From an uncultured Chthonomonadaceae bacterium (GTDB lineage: Bacteria; Armatimonadota; Chthonomonadetes; Chthonomonadales; Chthonomonadaceae), in the NCBI GenBank assembly GCA_963817895.1, contig CAWFQB010000006.1, positions 320,001 through 384,000 of the forward strand: 64,000 nt of DNA. Direction: 5' to 3'. The notes under the pieces are model-generated. The model saw nothing but the letters and a program-made list of their open reading frames with translations, was not told where the DNA came from and did no database searches. Below are positions 12,348-24,006 of this stretch, piece after piece. The position numbers and the translations under genes are program-made. Position 1 is the first letter of the stretch. Every line of letters starts with the position of its first letter.

Positions 12348-12848
12348 ATGGGACGCTTTGAACGGACGAAGCCGATTCCTGATGTTGCCGGAACGAAGTA
12401 TGACCGATTTCAAGAGTATGTCCGTTCCGATTTTGAGCAATGTTGCGCTTACTGCTATCTACATGAGGATCATATTGGCGGACATCGGCATTTTGAAATA
12501 GACCATTTTTGCCCGCGTAAGCCCTGTCCTGACAAGATAGATGATTTTTATAACCTGTACTGGTGCTGTCATGGGTGTAACAAGCCCGGTTGTAAACACG
12601 CGCACTGGCCGAGCGCGGAACTAATTGCATTGGGCTACGGGTTTGTTGACCTGTGTGAAGACCATTTTGAAGATCATTACTCGCTGATGCCGGATGGCAC
12701 ACTGAACGCCCTTACCAAAAAGGCGGAGTATACTATTCGGCACATAGGGCTGAACTGTGTGGATTTGAAACGCCTGCGCGTTCGCTTGCAGCAGCAGAAG
12801 CAGCGCATGGATACCGGGTATCCCGTAAACCAGCAGGCGAAGGAATAG
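12348..12848 (+). CDS. HNH endonuclease
   Basis: CAYC...FEIDHFCP...NLYWCCHGCN zinc-binding HNH motifs. Confidence 0.88.
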   Translation: MGRFERTKPIPDVAGTKYDRFQEYVRSDFEQCCAYCYLHEDHIGGHRHFEIDHFCPRKPCPDKIDDFYNLYWCCHGCNKPGCKHAHWPSAELIALGYGFVDLCEDHFEDHYSLMPDGTLNALTKKAEYTIRHIGLNCVDLKRLRVRLQQQKQRMDTGYPVNQQAKE

Positions 12849-12860
12849 TGAGGTTGAAGT

Positions 12861-13172
12861 ATGAGCAATGCAACAATGGCCCCCGAACGCACCACGACAA
12901 TTTTGCCGGACTTGGATGACCGGCGATTGGATGACGCGAACGGCAGCGGCTATATCGTAATCGTGTATGACAACGACAAGAACACCTGGGATCAGGTCAC
13001 CGGCATATTAATGAAGGCAACCGCCTGTACGCTGGAAGAGGCCGAGATTGAGACGTGGGAAGTGGACAATCTTGGCAAGTCCGTCGTGCATCACGGCAGC
13101 GAACCGGAGTGTGAACGGGCGGCGAGCATCATTCGCACGATTGGTATTCGGGTTGAAGTGGTAGAGGAGTAA
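12861..13172 (+). CDS. clpS: ATP-dependent Clp protease adaptor ClpS
   Basis: YIVIVYDNDKNTWDQVTGIL...EVDNLGKSVV matches the ClpS core. Confidence 0.85.
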   Translation: MSNATMAPERTTTILPDLDDRRLDDANGSGYIVIVYDNDKNTWDQVTGILMKATACTLEEAEIETWEVDNLGKSVVHHGSEPECERAASIIRTIGIRVEVVEE

Positions 13173-13187
13173 CAGTCTTAAGCCGTT

Positions 13188-15967
13188 ATGTTTTCTATTC
13201 CCCGCGCTTCCAATCCCTATCTGGCGATGTTTGCCTCCCTGTCAACTTCGGCGGATACCGCCGCCTGCCTGCAAGCGGAACGTGCCAAACTGCTCGGACT
13301 GTTGCGCCGCGCGCCAGGGCAGGAGGACGCGCATGACCATCGCGCGGAATTGGGAATGCATCTGTGCCATGTCCTGAGCGATCTGGTGGACGCTTTTCTG
13401 TCGCGCCTGCTGGCCCTGTCCTGCCTCCGGGTGGGCGTGGAAGTGTGCGCTCCCTCCCTTGCCCTGATCGCGACCGGCGGCTACGGACGGCGCGAACTGT
13501 GTCCCTTTTCAGATATTGACCTCACGTTCGTTCCCCTGCGCGAATCCGACCCTCGTACCGACCGGCTGATACGCGACATGTTTACGCAAATCATGGACGT
13601 GTGCATCGGCAAATGCGGGCTGAAAGTGGGGTACGGCTATCGCCTATTGGAGGATTGCGTCGCGCTGGATCACCAGACGGCAAGCGGACTTTTGGATGCC
13701 CGCTTGATTGCGGGAAACGAGCGCCTGTTCATTCAACTGGAAGACGCGTTTTGGGCCGGCTTCAATTCAACGGAATTTATTTTTGACAAGCTGGCGGAAC
13801 GGCGGCAGGCGCTCGCGAAATGGGGACACCTGCCGCGCATTGTAGAGCCGCAACTGAAAGAGGGCGCGGGGGGATTGCGCGACATTCATACGGCGTTGTG
13901 GCTGGTGCAGGCGCGGGAAAACCTTGCCGCTGCCCGGATGCGGGGGGCGCGGGGTTTGGAAGTGATGCAGCGGGCGGAGTACTCAAGCGGGGAAGAGGCG
14001 CAGCGATTGGGCGAAGCGCGCGAAAAATTATTGCAGGCGCGTAATCTGCTGCACGGTTTGAGCGGCGCGGCGCGTGATTTGCTGGTACGCACCCGGCAGG
14101 AAGAGATTGCCGAGCATCTGGGCTACGACAGCGAGGAACAAAATCGCAATTCGCCGCCCGTCGAGCGGTTTATGGCGGATTTGTATCCGCATCTGGCCTT
14201 CGCGCGGCGTATGGCGGAACATACCATGCAGCGCGTGGAAAACAGCCGCCTGATGCTGGGCATCGGGTTGGACTGCCGACGAAAACGAATCGTACCCGCA
14301 AACGGCGCGCTGGAAACCGAAGACCCGACGTGGCTGCTGTGGGCCTGCGAACTGGCGCAAAAATATGATTTACAGTTCCACTACCGGCTGGAACAGGCTT
14401 GCGCCGACCTGCTGGATATTCACCCCGAAGTGCCGCAGCCGCTTGTCGCCGCGACAGGTTTTTACCCGAATCTTGAGCAAAACCGGCAAAATCGCGCCTA
14501 TCGTTCAGCGAATGGCCGAATTGGGAATACTGGGCTGGTTTGTGCCGGAATTCGCCCGAATCATGGACTTGATTCCGTATGACCCTTCGCATGAGTATAC
14601 GGTCGGGCAGCATACCCTGCGCATCCTGCACTATCTGGATCAAATTGCCGATACGCGGGAAAACGATGCTCTGGCGCGGCAGGCGGGCGAAGAGTGGCCG
14701 GACATGCGGCGCGTTCTGAAGGAATTGGGGCATCCTGAACAACTGATGCTTGCCGTACTGCTGCACGACTGCGGCAAGTCCCTGCCCGGTGGAACGCACA
14801 TGGATGTGGGCGCGGAACTGGCGGAGCGGGTCTGTCGAGCGATTGGGGTGGAGCGCGAACGCGACGGCCAATGTGGTTTTTCTGGTGCGGCATCATCTGC
14901 TAATGGCGGAAACTTCGCGCTGGCGCGATCTGAATTTGAACGAGACGATTGAGAATTTCGCGCGGATTGTAGACGATACCGACCGATTAGATATGCTGTA
15001 CCTGCTCACGTATGCGGACACGCGGGCGGTGGGCGAAAACGTGTGGTCACAGGTAAACGGGCGGTTTTTGCACGAATTATGGCGGCGAACGTCCGAGGCT
15101 TTGAACGAACAATCAGGTACGGGTGTGGATGAGGAGCGCCTTGCGCGAACGCGAAAGCGGATGGTCAGGGAATTGAAACTGGACAACCTGCCGGAAGAGG
15201 AGGTTACGGAACATGTTCAGGCCATGCCGCCGCACTATCTGCTGAACCAGAATCTGGATCGTATCGCGCAGCACATCGGCATGGTGCGCCGGGTACGTCA
15301 GGGCGAAAGCGTGGTGGATTTCTACGACGCCCGCGACGCTACCTACACGGAATTGACTGTGTGCGCTCTGGACGACCCGCAGCCGGGACTGCTTGCCAAA
15401 ATCGCCGCCGTGCTGTATGCGGGAGAATTGACGGTTCACAGCGCGCAGGTGTTTACCCGCTTCGGGGAACGGGATCGTATCGCGCTGGATACCCTGTGGG
15501 TAGATTTTAGGGGACGGCAATTGTCAGCGGGCAAGCAGAGCGAAATCGCTTCTTGGCTTGGCTCAGTATTGCGCGGCGAGTTGTCGGTAAAAGAGATACT
15601 GAAAAAGCGGCGTGGAACCAACCGCGCGCCTGCCACTCTTTCCCCCTACCTGCCGTTATCGGGAACAAGCGCGGCCCCTTCTGTGACGCCTCCCGTCCAT
15701 TCAGGCCGCGCGGCCAGTGTGCTGGCGGTTCGCAACGATGTGTCGAGTTCCCTGACCCTGATTGAGATTGAAGACCCGGATGTACCCGGCGGGCTGTTTT
15801 GGACAAGTCAGGCACTGGCAGAGTTGGGCTGGGACATACAAAGCGCGCGCGTGAGCGTGTGGCACGGAATGGCGCGGGCCTCGTTTTACGTGGCGGGAGC
15901 GCGGGCTTTGTCGGAAGCCGAAACCCGCGAACGGCTTACAAAAGCGCTGTCGGAAACGATTTCTTGA
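13188..15967 (+). CDS. glnD: [Protein-PII] uridylyltransferase/uridylyl-removing enzyme; frameshifts near 14450 and 14840
   Basis: ATGGYGRRELCPFSDIDL, EPQLKEGAGGLRDI, HEYTVGQHT, LLHDCGK, HHLLM, LTYAD, C-terminal ACT domains (DDPQPGLLAKIA). Confidence 0.9.
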
Positions 15968-15992
15968 CAGGGACGCAAAACGGTATTATACT
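15964..15992 (+). promoter_or_regulatory. sigma70-type promoter
   Basis: TTGACA-17 nt-TATACT upstream of ORF 16078. Confidence 0.65.
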
Positions 15993-16077
15993 GAAATCAG
16001 GGGCAGGCGTAAATCGCTTTGCCGCTGAGCCAAAAGCCATTTTTTTGTGCGCCGCAAGGCGAGGAGGTTGGTGACTT

Positions 16078-16506
16078 ATGAAGCGAGGTTTTAGCGCTTC
16101 CACGTTTATTCTTGTCGCGCTGCTGTTGAGCGTGTTGTATGGGGTCGGAAAGTATGTCAATCCCCCGACGAAAGGGGGGCATGACGACCATGATGAGGAG
16201 AAACCTGCGCCCACGCAGGCAACCGCCCAAGCCAAACCTATGACGCCTCCCGGCAAACCGTCTGCGCCCACGCAGGCGGCGGCTAACGGAAAGCAGCCAA
16301 TACCGTCAAAACCGGGCGAGCCGAAAATGAACGCGGGAGCGCCGACTTCCGGTGGGGCAATGGGCGACCCGAAAATGGCGGGGATTCCGCGTAAACCGCC
16401 GGGAGCGCATCCCCCGGCCCCCAAGTCGGATGGCATGGACGCCTCCTACTGGCAGGAACACAATATGGGCGCGGTCACGGTAAAGCCAGATGCCGCCGCG
16501 CATTAA
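16078..16506 (+). CDS. Hypothetical membrane-anchored Pro/Ala/Lys-rich protein
   Basis: GGAGG RBS, N-terminal hydrophobic helix, low-complexity tail. Confidence 0.7.
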   Translation: MKRGFSASTFILVALLLSVLYGVGKYVNPPTKGGHDDHDEEKPAPTQATAQAKPMTPPGKPSAPTQAAANGKQPIPSKPGEPKMNAGAPTSGGAMGDPKMAGIPRKPPGAHPPAPKSDGMDASYWQEHNMGAVTVKPDAAAH

Positions 16507-16524
16507 GCAACTCTTTGCAAGTAG

Positions 16525-16568
16525 CCCTCAACCCCTGACCCCTTCTCCCGAAATTTGGGAGAAGGGGA
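16525..16568. repeat. REP-like hairpin CCCTCAACCCC...CCCCTTCTCCC-GGGAGAAGGGG
   Basis: Stem-loop related to the elements at 18776, 25632 and 53822-55993. Confidence 0.6.
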
Positions 16569-16719
16569 ACTTATAGGAAATTGAAGCGCGACCACGCAAG
16601 TTGGGCGTTTGCCCGCGTCTATAAGCATAGATAGACGCGGGCATTGTTATAACTTTATTCCGCTTTCAGGACATTTGCAACTTTTTACCGGCAAAAGTCG
16701 CGTTTTTCCAGAATCCCAC

Positions 16720-16748
16720 TTGACAAGACTTTCGGATTATGCTAGAGT
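16720..16748 (+). promoter_or_regulatory. sigma70-type promoter
   Basis: TTGACA-17 nt-TAGAGT. Confidence 0.55.
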
Positions 16749-17018
16749 ATTCCTACCACCAAAAATCCACACGCTTGCAGCATGTTTGCAGCATTGATTA
16801 CCTCACCTAGTTGTCAGGTCGCATTGGAACTACCCTGAATTAAAAATCGGCAGTGACGCTATAATGTCACAGACTCATGCCATAGCGCTACATACAGGTT
16901 CGGCAATTTGCCTGTTCCATCGCGTTTCGTTTTGCTTCGTTCCGTCCTGAGTTTTTTATTCACAAATTTGTACTGAATGTTCATCATTCAACGTTTCGTC
17001 ATTATCAAAGGAGGCGAC

Positions 17019-18768
17019 ATGAAGAGAATGGCTTGCGCGCTCGCGCTGACTGCGGGTGTAGGCTTGGTAGCAGGGACAACCGCCACTGCCGCGTTTGCGG
17101 AAACGGTTGTTACGCCCGCTGCGAGCGGTTTATCCCTGACAGTCAACACGGTGGGAACCATCCCCTCAGACGCTCCCCTGACGCTGGATGTCCGCTTTGA
17201 AGGTGGCAGCCTGCGCTTTGTGGAACTGCTGATTGATGGCGTCACGGTCAAGAAGAAGAATCTTGCCACGCGCGTCAAATCGGGGCATCTGGAGTTCCAG
17301 ATGGAAGCGGGCCTGCTTGCCGAGGGGGCGCATGAAATTCTCATCAAAGCGCAGGATGCGGACGGCAATACGGCGACAACCACCACGCAGGTCAAAGTGG
17401 TTGCGGGCGCGTCCGGGCTGGTGAAGTTCGAGTTCCCGCGCAACAAAGCGATGGTACAGGGCGTTGTGCCGCTGGAAATCAAGCTGGACGCTTCCATTCA
17501 CAACCCGTATGTGAGTTTCTTCATTGATGACGTGTTTCTGTCGCTGACCAACTACGCGCCTTTCAGCGTGAACTGGGACAGCGCGAAGGTTACAAACGGC
17601 CAGCACACGGTCAGCGTAGAGGTGTACGATGGCGACACGCTTGCCAAAGTGAAGGCCGACCAGTATGCAGATCACCGTCAACAATCCGGGCGGTTTGACA
17701 AATCGCCAGAAAGACATACAGGATTTGGGCAAGAAGCTCCGCTGATCCCGTCCATGCCGTCACGCAGGGAATTCGGGAAGCTGTAGACGCAAGCCGTTAC
17801 AGCGCCGATCCCCGCGCCAACCTGTCTTTCCATGCCCCGGATGAGATGGTGTCCCGCCTGATGGCCCCGCCCGCCAATACCACACTCCTGCGCTCCCCTG
17901 CAACGCTCTCTTCCGCTTTGGGCAGCAGCCTGAATTCCACCCCCGCGAACGCGCCGAAAGTTTCCCCGCTCACGCCGCGCGGCAAGGCTGCCGAACTGCT
18001 TCCCGTCCCGACAAACACGAGTGAAAAGTCTGCCGTGAAGCCGAACGCGTTCGCCAACATTGACCGCATAGCAAACAACGCCGACAAGTCCCGCGTGAAA
18101 GTGGTCAAGCCCGGACTGATGGGCATCGTCGCCCTGCCGGGTGAGTTCACCGCCCTTCGCGCCCCGGTTGCCATGACCGGCGACTGGCCCCCATCACCCT
18201 CCGCCCGCGCCGCGCCGGCAACATGGCCGCGCGCCCTGCGCTTACAATGGATACCGTCTCGGCGTCCGTCACCACCTCCGAAGCGCCTCGCAACGTAATT
18301 CACGCGCGTCCGCTTGCCCCCGCCGCAGACAACCTCACTGCACCCGTCGCGCCCATCAAGATCGCGCGCAGCAACATGCCGCTGCTCGGACCGGGCGCAA
18401 TTCGGGGCAAGGGGCGCACCATGCAGGTGGCGTTCGACAATACCCGCATCGCGTTTGATGTGCAGCCCCGCGTGGAGCATGGGATGCCGCTTGCGCCGTT
18501 CCGCCAGATATTCGAGCATACGGGCGGCACGATCCAGTGGTTCAACCAGTCTAAAACCCTGCGCGCGTTCAACAGCACGAGAGAAATCGAGTTCAAGGTG
18601 GGCGAGGACGAGGCGAAGGTCAACAACCAGACGGTGAAAATGGAAGCGAAAACCTATCTGGAAAAGGGCCGCACGATTGTCCCGCTCTCATTCGTCCGCG
18701 ACGCGCTGGATGTCAAAGTGTCCTATGACGCCGCAACCGGCCATCTGCGCATCGAAAGCAAGAAGTAA
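17019..18768 (+). CDS. Secreted protein with Ig-like domains, a low-complexity linker and a C-terminal copper amine oxidase N-terminal-like (stalk) domain; frameshifted
   Basis: AAGGAGG RBS, signal peptide, NYAPFSVNWDSAKVTNGQHT (Ig-like), PLAPFRQIFEHTGG...GRTIVPLSFVRDAL (CuAO-N/stalk). Confidence 0.75.
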
Positions 18769-18775
18769 GCGTTTT

Positions 18776-18966
18776 ACCTCACCCCAACCCCTCTCCTTGC
18801 CGCGCAACGCGCTAGGAGAGGGGCTTTTTTGCTTGCCAGTTCTGGTGAAAAGAGGCATATTACTACACGTTTAACGCGCAATACTGGAATGTGAACGAAA
18901 GTAAAACAACTAAAATAGCCCCTCTCCTAGCGCGTTGCGCGGCAAGGAGAGGGGTTGGGGTGAGGT
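18776..18966. repeat. REPIN-like element: two inverted ~50-bp palindromic arms, 191 bp total
   Basis: ACCTCACCCCAACCCCTCTCCTTGCCGCGCAACGCGCTAGGAGAGGGGCT and its reverse complement, between convergent genes. Confidence 0.85.
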
Positions 18967-18970
18967 GAAT

Positions 18971-21518
18971 TCAACGGGTGGTGTTTCCCGTTGTGTACAG
19001 GGTGAAATGCCGGCCCCACAGTGGATCGTCTTTTTTGATGGTTTTCGTGACGCCCTTGCGGGTTTCCTGAACAATGATGGGAAACGGTTTGTTGGTAAAG
19101 CAGACTTCGGCGAACGTAATGGCGGCGTCTGCGTTGTCAATGACGAACATCGGGGCGCGTTCGCTGTCGCCAACGGAGTAGCTGAACCCGCCCAACAGTT
19201 CCGTTTTGCTGCCGTGTTTCAAATCGAGAAGCGGGCCGCCGCCTTCGGTTTTGAGGCCGAGTATCCATGCGGTTCCACCATCGTTTTCGATGTGAACGCC
19301 GTCGCCTTCGGGGTTGAACTGCCGCGCCCACAAATGCTGGTTTTTGAAGTGGAAGTAGCGCCCGACCACATCTTCAATAAACACGTCCCCGTCCCTTGCG
19401 GCCCCGTCCGGTACGCTTCCGCGCCCTGAAAGTTGATGGCAAGCCGCTGCATGACCAGAGCGCGACTGGCGTTATGTTCCATGAAGAAATAGGGGCCGCT
19501 GGAAAAGTCGGTGCTGATGCCTTCGATGGAGACAATCGGCGCGGCGCCGTCTGTCAAATCGGAACATCGGCTGCTTATGCGTTTTGAGCGGGGTTTCGAC
19601 TGATCAGATAGGCGCGGCAGCCGATAATTCGCCGCACATTGCCGCGAATGATAATGGTTTTGTCTATGCGATAGCCGCCGCGTGGCAGATAGATGGTTGT
19701 CGCGCCCGAATCAATGGCTTTCTGAATGGCGTCGCTGGCAAAGTCGTAACTGTCAGGCGTGATGCCGAATTTGGATGGCCCTGACCATTGGTTAAGCGCG
19801 TCCCAGGGCAGTTCGGGCGTTTCGCGTATGGGCAGGCGCAGCCCTGTGCCGGGAGTGCCGAACAGGCTGGCAGTCGGCCTGGTGGCGTATTGCTCTATGG
19901 GGACATTGGGCGCGGTGATGATCCGCGTTTGCGCGCCCGTGCCGCTGTTGAGGAGAGCGCGATAACCGGACTGGCGCAGGTTGCGGGCGAAGCAGGCGGA
20001 ACGGATTTCGACGGCGGCGATTTTGGATGCGTTGCCCGTACCCTCGAAACGGCTATCGAGCAGGGTGGTAAAACCGCCGCCCGCGTACAGGCCGGGAACC
20101 TCGTTGACGCTGCGCAGGTCGCGAATCGTACAGGGTTGTCCATCGTTGCGAACCCCGTATTTATTCTGATGTTCGACAGTGATATGTTCCAGAGTTTCGC
20201 TGGCGACGCTGGTAGCGACGTGGATGCCGATGTCGAACCCGACGACTTTGACGCGCTTGATAAGGCACGGCCCCTGTTCGTCCGTATACCCCATGTCCAG
20301 ACCGATAGCGCCCTGCCCATCTCCCGAATACTAAATCCACGTCCCACATCCCGCCCTGATTGTTGGCGATGAACTGCGCCCCACACGCGCCCGGATTGCC
20401 GAGCCCGTATCTATGGTCAGGTTGTGGATTTCGTTGCTGAAACGCTGCGCGGGCGCGTGGCCTGTATACACAACGCCCTGCGGTTTACGCGGATTGTCGA
20501 AGCCGGGGCAGTTATCTTTCAGTTTGAGAACCGCGCCGGATTTGCTTTGTCCCTGCAAGACGGTGTTGCGCTGCTGTCCCTCGTTGCCGCCCCATCGCAG
20601 CGTGTTGGACACCAGATACACGCCATTGGGCAGATAGATAATGGCGTTGCGTTCCGGGTAATCGCTGAACGCTTTTTGTATGGCAGCCGTATCATCGGTC
20701 ACGCCGTCGCCTTTGGCATTGTAAGGCGCTTTGGTTACATCCACGATTCCGGCGTCCGAGGGGTAAACAATGTTTTCCCTGCCCGGTAGTGATATGCTGG
20801 AAGGAACCATAACGTAAACCGGGCGCGGATATTTGGGTTTCCAGACAACGGGTTGGGGCAGGGCGGCTTTCACGTCGGCGTTGGAAAAACGCACTTCCGA
20901 TAGCCCGGATTGTTCGCCGCCCCGATAGTTGCTTTTAATCTGCCACTTGAAATACCGCGCCCGAACGGTCTTGTCGAACGCGACCGCTTCGCCGCGCTCG
21001 TCTTCCATGCCCGATGCCATGCGTAGCGTGAACGTCCCAACGGGCAAAAAGGTCTTGTTGTCCGAAGACGCGGAAATCGCCACTTCCCGAACGCCCCGCG
21101 TGTTCCATCCGCCCGCCTCGTTGTAGTTCCACACATAAACGCCGTTGACGCCATACGCTTTTCCCAAATCGAACAGCAGCCATGAATTGGCGTCGCCATT
21201 CCACATGCAGTTGCCATCCGCGCCGACGTTGTTGGTATGAATATACACGCCGCTTCCGGGCTTTGTTTCGCCCCATCCGCTGCCGTCAATCAGCTTGTTA
21301 GGCGTTCGTCCCGCGCCCTCCTGCGAACTGGAGGCTCTGGCGTCTACGGGCGTGATAAACGCGCCGAGGGACTGTGTTGGTGGCTGGTGACTGGTGGTTG
21401 GTGACTGGGGTTCGGTATTAGGAGGCGTGGCTGTTTGGGGATGCGCAACGTGTGAAACCCCAATGGCGGAAAGCAGGGTCAAGAGGGACGCAAGGCAAAA
21501 TAGATTGGTTTTGGACAT
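18971..21518 (-). CDS. Secreted pectate-lyase-3/GH28-related beta-helix protein with an N-terminal discoidin (F5/8 type C)-like domain; frameshifted
   Basis: Signal peptide, WLLFDLGK...VYVWNYN...ARYFKW, then VDVTKAPYNAKGDGVTDDTAAIQKA...IYLPNGVY and a second DAIQKAIDSGATTIYLPRGGY. Confidence 0.8.
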
Positions 21519-21548
21519 GTCCGTCCTCGCATGATGGCATTAAGTTAA

Positions 21549-21650
21549 GAGCCTATCCCAATAGGCCGGGTACAAAGAACGTACCCGTCTGAGTGGCCTA
21601 CGGCCAAGCGTCCTTCGGACGCAAATGCAATCGCCTATTGCGATAGGCTC
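21549..21650. mobile_element. MITE-like element, copy 2 (GAGCCTATCCCAATAGGC...GCCTATTGCGATAGGCTC)
   Basis: Same TIRs as 3114-3208; TAA on both flanks; different interior with three small hairpins. Confidence 0.65.
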
Positions 21651-21678
21651 TAAGGTAACTACCTTCAAACCAGAGTTC

Positions 21679-21804
21679 GTAGGGACACAACATGTTGTGT
21701 CCGCATTGGCGGAATTGTGTCCACATCAGCGCGATTGTGTCCGCATTGCGGACTACGGGAGAGGACACAATACCGGGAGAGAATACAACATGTTGTGTCC
21801 CTAC
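21679..21804. repeat. GTAG-type REP doublet (REPIN) with internal TGTGTCC repeats
   Basis: GTAGGGACACAACATGTTGTGTCC ... ACAACATGTTGTGTCCCTAC. Confidence 0.8.
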
Positions 21805-21836
21805 GAGTTTTCTTGTGAACAATGACACGTTGTTGG

Positions 21837-22229
21837 CTATTTTTTGTCCGCGCCGGCGGTTGGAGCAGGCGTGGAAGCGGGCGCAGGAGTGGCAGGTTTC
21901 TCTACAGCCTTGCCGTCGGATTTGTTGTCAGCGGATTTGCTGTCGGCAGGTTCGCTTTTGGTTTCGGAACCGGGCTTGTCGGAACTGTTCTTGTCAACGC
22001 TGCCCTTTTCCGTTTCCGCCTTTTCCGCTTTGGCGCTGTCGCTGGTGTCGGGCTTGCGCGAGTCGTTGATGTACCAGCCGGAACCCTTGAACACGATGCC
22101 GACAGGATACAGCAGACGGATCACTTTGCTGCCACATTCGGGGCAGATTTCAATCGGATCGTCTTTCATCGCCTGAAAAACAGAAAATTCATGCTTACAT
22201 TCGGTACACTGATAGCCATAAGTCGGCAA
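21837..22229 (-). CDS. FmdB-family zinc-ribbon protein
   Basis: PTYGYQCTECKHEF...CPECG...IVFKGSGWY; GAGG RBS before TTG at 22229. Confidence 0.88.
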   Translation of the reverse strand: MPTYGYQCTECKHEFSVFQAMKDDPIEICPECGSKVIRLLYPVGIVFKGSGWYINDSRKPDTSDSAKAEKAETEKGSVDKNSSDKPGSETKSEPADSKSADNKSDGKAVEKPATPAPASTPAPTAGADKK

Positions 22230-22290
22230 GGGAATCACCTCACAATTGTATTTGACGTTTCTCTGCCTGTATTATACCGCGTTGGGGGCT

Positions 22291-22704
22291 ATGCTGCGCG
22301 AACGCGCGGCAAATGGAAAAGGAACCGCATTGGGTACGAAAATCGCATTGCTTGTGCTGATGGCTGTTTGTGGCGGTGGGTGGGGCTATGTGGCCTGGAT
22401 GAAGCGGCGTCTGGATGTTGCGCTCAAAATGTTGGAAGAGCAGAAGACCCGGCAGCGCAGTCTGTCCGCGTCCTATGGCCGCATTACGGAACAATGGTTT
22501 CCCCTGATGGACAAGTACCCGTATGATTCCGCCAATTTCCGTTTTCTCGGCACGCCCGTAGATGGCGTTCAGTTCGAGGAAGACAGGATCGTATTCATCG
22601 AGTTTAAGTCCAACCGCTCGGAACTCTCTTCGGCGCAAAAGAAATTGAAGAAAATGGTCGAGTCGGGCAAGGTGACGTGGGAGGAGTTTCATTTCAATGA
22701 GTGA
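22291..22704 (+). CDS. Holliday-junction-resolvase-like PD-(D/E)xK endonuclease with an N-terminal membrane anchor
   Basis: GRITEQWFP...FRFLGTPVDGVQF...IVFIEFKS...LSSAQ...GKVTW. Confidence 0.8.
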   Translation: MLRERAANGKGTALGTKIALLVLMAVCGGGWGYVAWMKRRLDVALKMLEEQKTRQRSLSASYGRITEQWFPLMDKYPYDSANFRFLGTPVDGVQFEEDRIVFIEFKSNRSELSSAQKKLKKMVESGKVTWEEFHFNE

Positions 22705-23980
22705 GGAGAAGATAGGGAAAAGGGAAGAGGGAAAAGGGAAAAGAGGGAGCGCTACTTTGCATGATGGAAACGAGACGGAAGCGCAGTCTTCCTTTTCCCT
22801 TTTTCCTTTTCCCTCTTCCCTTCCCCTGCTTATTCTCGGGCTGATGTCCGGCACGTCCGTAGATGGGATTGACGCTGCGCTGGTGGAGTTTGCGGGTCAG
22901 GGCGATACATTGACGTGGAACTTGCGCGGGTTTTCGTGTGTCGCGTGGCCTGCGGAATTGCGGGGGCGATTCTGGATGCCTGCCGCCCGGATGCGCCGTT
23001 GCAAACGATTACCGCGCTCAATGTTCGGATTGGCGAGGAGTTTGCAGAGGCGGCGCGAATCGCGGCGGAAAACGCGGGCGTTGCGCTGTCCGACGTGGAT
23101 TGTATCGCTTCGCACGGGCAAACGGTATGGCATCAGCCAACTCCGTTTGACATTGCGGGCATGGCGGTGACGGGAACGCTGCAAATCGGGGAACCGAGCG
23201 TGATTGCCCAACGGACGGGCTGCGTGGTTGTGGCGGATTTTCGTCCGGCGGATATGGCGGCAGGCGGGCAGGGAGCGCCGCTTGTGCCGTTTGCCGATTA
23301 CGCGCTCTTCCATTCCGCGCAGGAAACCCGCGCAGTTCAGAACATCGGCGGCATCGCAAACGTGACGTATCTGCCGGCAAAGGGCGTATTGGAAGACGTA
23401 ATCGCGTTCGACACGGGGCCGGGAAATATGCTGCTGGACGCGCTGGCGCAAACGGTAAGCGAAGGCCATTTGAATTACGATGCAGAAGGCGGCATGGCGG
23501 CGCGGGGGCATGTCTGCGTTCCATTGCTCAACCGCTTTTTAGAGGACGATTATTTTGCCCTGCCGCCACCCAAAACAACGGGGCGCGAACGGTTCGGACA
23601 GGCTTACGCCGAGCGATTTTATCAGGAATCGCAAAAACATGGCTGCAAGAGTGACGACATTCTGGCAACGGCGACTCGCCTGACAGCGGAAATTATAGCC
23701 TGCGCTTATGCGGATTGGCTGCTGCCGCGTGGAAGGATTGACACGGTAATAGTCGGCGGTGGGGGCGTCCAAAATTTAACGCTGATGCGGCATTTGCGCG
23801 AACAGCTGCTGCCCGGCGCGTATCACCACTCATGCCGAATTTGGCCTGCCCGATGACGCTAAAGAAGCCGTCGCGTTCGCGCTGCTGGCGTATGAAACCC
23901 TGCATGGCCGCCCGTCAAACGCGCCTTCAGCAACAGGCGCAAAACAAGCGGTGATTTTAGGGAAGATTGTTTTGCCTTGA
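22697..23980 (+). CDS. anmK: Anhydro-N-acetylmuramic acid kinase; frameshifts near 22965 and 23810
   Basis: [62 protein letters not shown]. Confidence 0.92.
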
Positions 23981-24006
23981 CAAACGCCTGCCGGGTAGAA
24001 TATAAT
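23977..24006 (+). promoter_or_regulatory. sigma70-type promoter for the purA leader
   Basis: TTGACA-18 nt-TATAAT. Confidence 0.65.
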
